From Aureliella sp. (lineage in GTDB: Bacteria > Planctomycetota > Planctomycetia > Pirellulales > Pirellulaceae), in assembly GCA_963691875.1 (NCBI GenBank), contig OY829846.1:2592001-2656000 (forward strand): a stretch of DNA of 64,000 nt, written 5' to 3'. The notes beneath the pieces were generated by a model. It saw only the letters and a program-made list of their open reading frames with translations. It ran no database searches and was not told the origin of the DNA. Below, piece after piece: positions 60,510-64,000 of this stretch. A program made the translations under genes and the position numbers. The stretch's first letter is position 1, and every line of letters starts with the position of its first letter.

Positions 60510-61877
60510 CTAGGAAGGCGTGGCAAACTCGGCACGCTGTTTCCGCTTGATAAAGCGGTTGGCAAATTCGTCATCGCCAAAGTTCTCTGCCTTCGGATCC
60601 CAATTAAGCTCACGGCCGGTCATCAATGCGATGTTGCACAGGTGGCAAGAAGTCATCGTTCGATGGTGCGAAGCAACATCGGAAACTGGTTGCGTGCGGT
60701 CTTCCATGCAGTCAAAGAAGTTCTGCATGTGCCCACGCAACGGTTTGTTTCCGTACAGAGCTGCGATTCGCTCATCAAGTTCCTTGTTGTCTGCTTCGGT
60801 CAAATCATCGATGGGTTTTCCCGTGAGCTTGCCGCGATTGACAAAGATCCGACCATCTTCACCTTCGAACAGAATGCCGTTAGGGAATTTCGTCTTATCA
60901 TCACGCTCGTAAAAATGATTTACATTGATGACCGAGCCATCAGCAAAATTCAAATCAATATCAAACTCCATGGCTGTGTTGTGCGTGCTAGGTAGCTGAC
61001 TTTCGCCATTCAGGAAGCCGATCCAGTCAGCATCGGGAGGAACCAGCGGAGGGAACTTGCCATTGGCCGATACCTTGACGGGACCGGTGTCGGAATGGCC
61101 GAGTGCCCATTGAGCGATGTCGATGTGATGAGCACCCCAGTCGGTCATCTTTCCGCCGCTGTATTCGAAGAACCAACGAAACATGCGACGTCGTTGGTTC
61201 GAGTACTCGGCTTCGGGAGCTGGGCCCAACCACATATTCCAGTCAAGATCTGCAGGAATTGCTTCCGGCTTGATGATTTCACTTTTCGGTGCACCACCAA
61301 TGGCGACGTACGCGTTGACATTCTTGCCGAGGCGTCCGCTTTGCACCAAAGCAACTGCCTTGAGGAAGCGACGATCATTCTCGCTACGCTGCTGCGTACC
61401 AACCTGGAAAACGCGGCCCGTTTCCTCGACGACTTTGCGGACGTGAATTCCCTCTTCGATCGTTAGCGTGAGGGGCTTTTCACAGTAAACATCTGCACCA
61501 GCGCGCAGCGCTGTGATTGCGATGGGAACATGAGAATGATCCGGTGTTCCGATCGTCACCACGTCAGGCTTTTCTTTTTCCAGCATCTCGCGATAGTCCC
61601 GATACTTGGGAATGCCACCGTAGGCTTCGCTGAATTGCTGTGCGTGCAGGTCATCAATGTCACAAACCGCGATCATGCGACCGAGCTTTCCAGCTGCCCG
61701 AGCAACTTGACCACCTCGGTTGTAACGCCCGCGGCTCCCCCCAACGCCAACAGAAGCCACAGAACGCTTCTTTGCTTCCTGAGCGAAGCCGGATTTCAGG
61801 ATCGTTGGAGCCAGAGCAGCGCTAGCCCCCGCGGTTTTGAGAAAGGTACGCCGTGAGTTGCTTGAGTTTGTTGACAT
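60510..61877 (-). CDS. Tat-exported Gfo/Idh/MocA oxidoreductase
   Basis: SRRTFLK, IGTPDH.H, DVYCEKP, FQVGTQQRS, DWNMWLGPAP and GKMTDWGAHHID. Confidence 0.9.
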   Translation of the reverse strand: MSTNSSNSRRTFLKTAGASAALAPTILKSGFAQEAKKRSVASVGVGGSRGRYNRGGQVARAAGKLGRMIAVCDIDDLHAQQFSEAYGGIPKYRDYREMLEKEKPDVVTIGTPDHSHVPIAITALRAGADVYCEKPLTLTIEEGIHVRKVVEETGRVFQVGTQQRSENDRRFLKAVALVQSGRLGKNVNAYVAIGGAPKSEIIKPEAIPADLDWNMWLGPAPEAEYSNQRRRMFRWFFEYSGGKMTDWGAHHIDIAQWALGHSDTGPVKVSANGKFPPLVPPDADWIGFLNGESQLPSTHNTAMEFDIDLNFADGSVINVNHFYERDDKTKFPNGILFEGEDGRIFVNRGKLTGKPIDDLTEADNKELDERIAALYGNKPLRGHMQNFFDCMEDRTQPVSDVASHHRTMTSCHLCNIALMTGRELNWDPKAENFGDDEFANRFIKRKQRAEFATPS

Positions 61878-62066
61878 GAGAGGGCCTTTGTCGAAGTGGC
61901 GGGAAAGCAAAAGTTGGTAGAATGAAGGACCTCAAGGGTAAAGCAAAGAGGGCCGAAGGTCAATTTTGTGCCAACGTTGAATTGAGCGATCTGGATTCGC
62001 CAGAAGTCCTTCAAGTAATTCCCGAGCTGAGGCTTAGCTCCGCACTCAACATTTCGGATTCGACAG

Positions 62067-63215
62067 ATGAACGCCCCGCTTTCTAGATTCCTGCTACTAT
62101 CGCTCCCCTTGCTTTTTTGTCGTACTAGCCACGCCCAACTTTGGACCAAGCATGAAATCGTTGCGGGTGGGCATTGCAACACGGCGGTCGCCCTGAATGT
62201 GAACCAAGATGACAAGCAAGACGTGATCGCGAGCTTTGGTGGCAAGGTAAGTCTGTTTATTGCACCTGAATGGCAGGAGGTTGTCATCCATCGCTTTGAC
62301 CGGCCACGATTGGCCTGCATACATAGCGCGGTACTCGACGTGGATGGCGACGGCGACTTGGATTGGGCTGGAGCGATAGCGAACCGACATCCGTTTTGGC
62401 TAGAAAATCCAGGTAACGACGCCGGTTTAGGAGCTTGGGTAGCACGGCCCATCGATCAAGATATTACGGGAATTCACTGTCTTCGAGCAGCCGATGTCGA
62501 TCTCAATGGCAAGATGGATCTGATTATCAACAACTTTGAACCAGAGAAGGGACTGCGTGACTCTATCGCTTGGCTGGAAGTCCCGAAGAATCCCAAGCAA
62601 GCGGAGCATTGGATTCGTCATGTTTTCGCGGACGGCAATGCCCGCGGCGGCAGTCATTACATGGGTGCCGGCGATGTGACAGGCGATGGCTGGCCTGATA
62701 TAGCGGTCGGGGCCAAAGGAGGCCCCTTCGCTGATGGAGACTGGTTTGCCTTCTGGACTAACCCTGGACCGAAGAAAAAGAATCAACCTTGGAAGAAAAC
62801 TGTCCTTGCAACAGAACAGATTGCTGCGACGAATATCCTACCCGCCGATGTGAATGGAGACGGAAAGTTGGATTGGCTGGCGACGCGTGGACACAGTGCG
62901 GGCGTACTCTGGTTTGAAAGTCCTAGTTGGACGTTGCATGAAATCGATCCGGAGATCAAACAGCCGCATAGCTTGACCGTTGCCGATCACGATGGCGATG
63001 GAGACATGGATGCAGCGAGTTGTGGCTATGGAAGCGAGTGGCTGCGTTGGTACGAAAACGATGGGAAAGGGAACTTTCGGATACACACGCTCGACGAGCA
63101 ACAGCAGAGCTACCATCTCAGTACGGTCGATATGGATGGCGATGGTGACTTAGACCTGCTGAATGCCGGTCGAGGGACTGGCAACATCGTTTGGTATGAG
63201 AATGGATTGAGGTGA
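62067..63215 (+). CDS. Secreted FG-GAP/VCBS-repeat beta-propeller protein
   Basis: Signal peptide and repeated DxDGDGDxD and W(L/Y/F)EN motifs. Confidence 0.85.
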   Translation: MNAPLSRFLLLSLPLLFCRTSHAQLWTKHEIVAGGHCNTAVALNVNQDDKQDVIASFGGKVSLFIAPEWQEVVIHRFDRPRLACIHSAVLDVDGDGDLDWAGAIANRHPFWLENPGNDAGLGAWVARPIDQDITGIHCLRAADVDLNGKMDLIINNFEPEKGLRDSIAWLEVPKNPKQAEHWIRHVFADGNARGGSHYMGAGDVTGDGWPDIAVGAKGGPFADGDWFAFWTNPGPKKKNQPWKKTVLATEQIAATNILPADVNGDGKLDWLATRGHSAGVLWFESPSWTLHEIDPEIKQPHSLTVADHDGDGDMDAASCGYGSEWLRWYENDGKGNFRIHTLDEQQQSYHLSTVDMDGDGDLDLLNAGRGTGNIVWYENGLR

Positions 63216-63265
63216 AAGATACAGGTGGGTAGAAAATGCTCAGACCCAAAGGTACGACGGGGGCT

Positions 63266-63295
63266 TGGGGCTCTCTCGTTTGGGGCTCTCTCGTT
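63266..63295. repeat. 15-bp direct duplication TGGGGCTCTCTCGTT x2 between convergent genes
   Basis: Directly visible. Confidence 0.7.
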
Positions 63296-63330
63296 CTGAC
63301 TCAACAGACGGCAGAAGAATGAATCGGTAT

Positions 63331-64000
63331 CTAGCTTTTGTCGCCTGAGGTTCGAGCGACGGTAGTGGCGATGGCCTTGAGCATCGCACCAGATTTGTTA
63401 AGCGTTTCTTGAAACTCGTTGGCAGGTACGCTGTCCGCTACGATCCCGGCGCCGGCTTGAACATAAATCTTGTCACCAGTAAATACAATTGTCCTCAGCG
63501 CGATACAGGTATCCATATTCCCTGAGTAGTCGATGTAGCCCACGGCACCAGCGTACGGTCCGCGTCGCTGGGGCTCGACTTCGTCGATGATTTCCATGGC
63601 TCTCACTTTTGGTGCGCCACTAACGGTGCCAGCCGGCAAACAAGCTTTCATAGCGTCCATGGCCGTCGTTCCACCCTTCAATTTGCCTTGAACGTTCGAG
63701 CTGATGTGCATGACGTGGCTGTAGCGCTCAATCACCATGACATCACTCAATTCGATGCTACCGTACTCTGCCACGCGCCCGACGTCGTTTCGGCCCAAGT
63801 CAACGAGCATGACGTGCTCGGCACATTCTTTGGGATCAGCCAGTAATTCTTCGGCCAACTCGAGATCTTCCTTACGATCTTTCCCACGAGGCCGAGTACC
63901 AGCAAGCGGCCGAACGGTGACTACTCCGTCGATGACACGGCACATGACTTCTGGCGAGGAGCCGACGAGCGTGGTTTCGGGCGTGCGAACGAAAAACATG
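63331..64000 (-). CDS. trpE: Anthranilate synthase component I (3' part; runs off the right edge)
   Basis: [56 protein letters not shown] and [11 protein letters not shown] PabB-like paralog cannot be fully excluded. Confidence 0.88.
   Translation of the reverse strand, partial: MFFVRTPETTLVGSSPEVMCRVIDGVVTVRPLAGTRPRGKDRKEDLELAEELLADPKECAEHVMLVDLGRNDVGRVAEYGSIELSDVMVIERYSHVMHISSNVQGKLKGGTTAMDAMKACLPAGTVSGAPKVRAMEIIDEVEPQRRGPYAGAVGYIDYSGNMDTCIALRTIVFTGDKIYVQAGAGIVADSVPANEFQETLNKSGAMLKAIATTVARTSGDKS

Overview
A 64-kb chromosomal window from a planctomycete, probably Pirellulaceae-like. This is inferred from two DUF1501 genes, a PSD1/planctomycete cytochrome c gene, sulfatases and a planctomycete-type palindromic repeat. 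The left part holds a partial HAF-repeat secreted protein, tmRNA (ssrA), a SahR-like regulator with ahcY, class II DAHP synthase, a VWA/MoxR pair, two divergent sulfatases, ThuA and ribokinase. At 24.7-26.7 kb, two adjacent exported redox genes are each split by an in-frame TGA at the catalytic Cys position (UxxC thioredoxin fusion and TxxU peroxiredoxin). Each TGA is followed by a hairpin with the same CGUG(U/A) loop, so these look like two selenoproteins the ORF track broke up. At 30.5-53.7 kb is a type II secretion/type IV filament cluster with unusual architecture: an extended secretin, a lipoprotein, a ~2400-aa barrel-less protein of ~31 secretin N-domain repeats, an apparent PilO+PilP/GspC fusion and a BON-like protein. 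The right part holds DUF1501/PSD1, prepilin peptidase, aroK, a Gfo/Idh/MocA oxidoreductase, an FG-GAP protein and partial trpE. All calls come from reading motifs by eye; no database searches were run.
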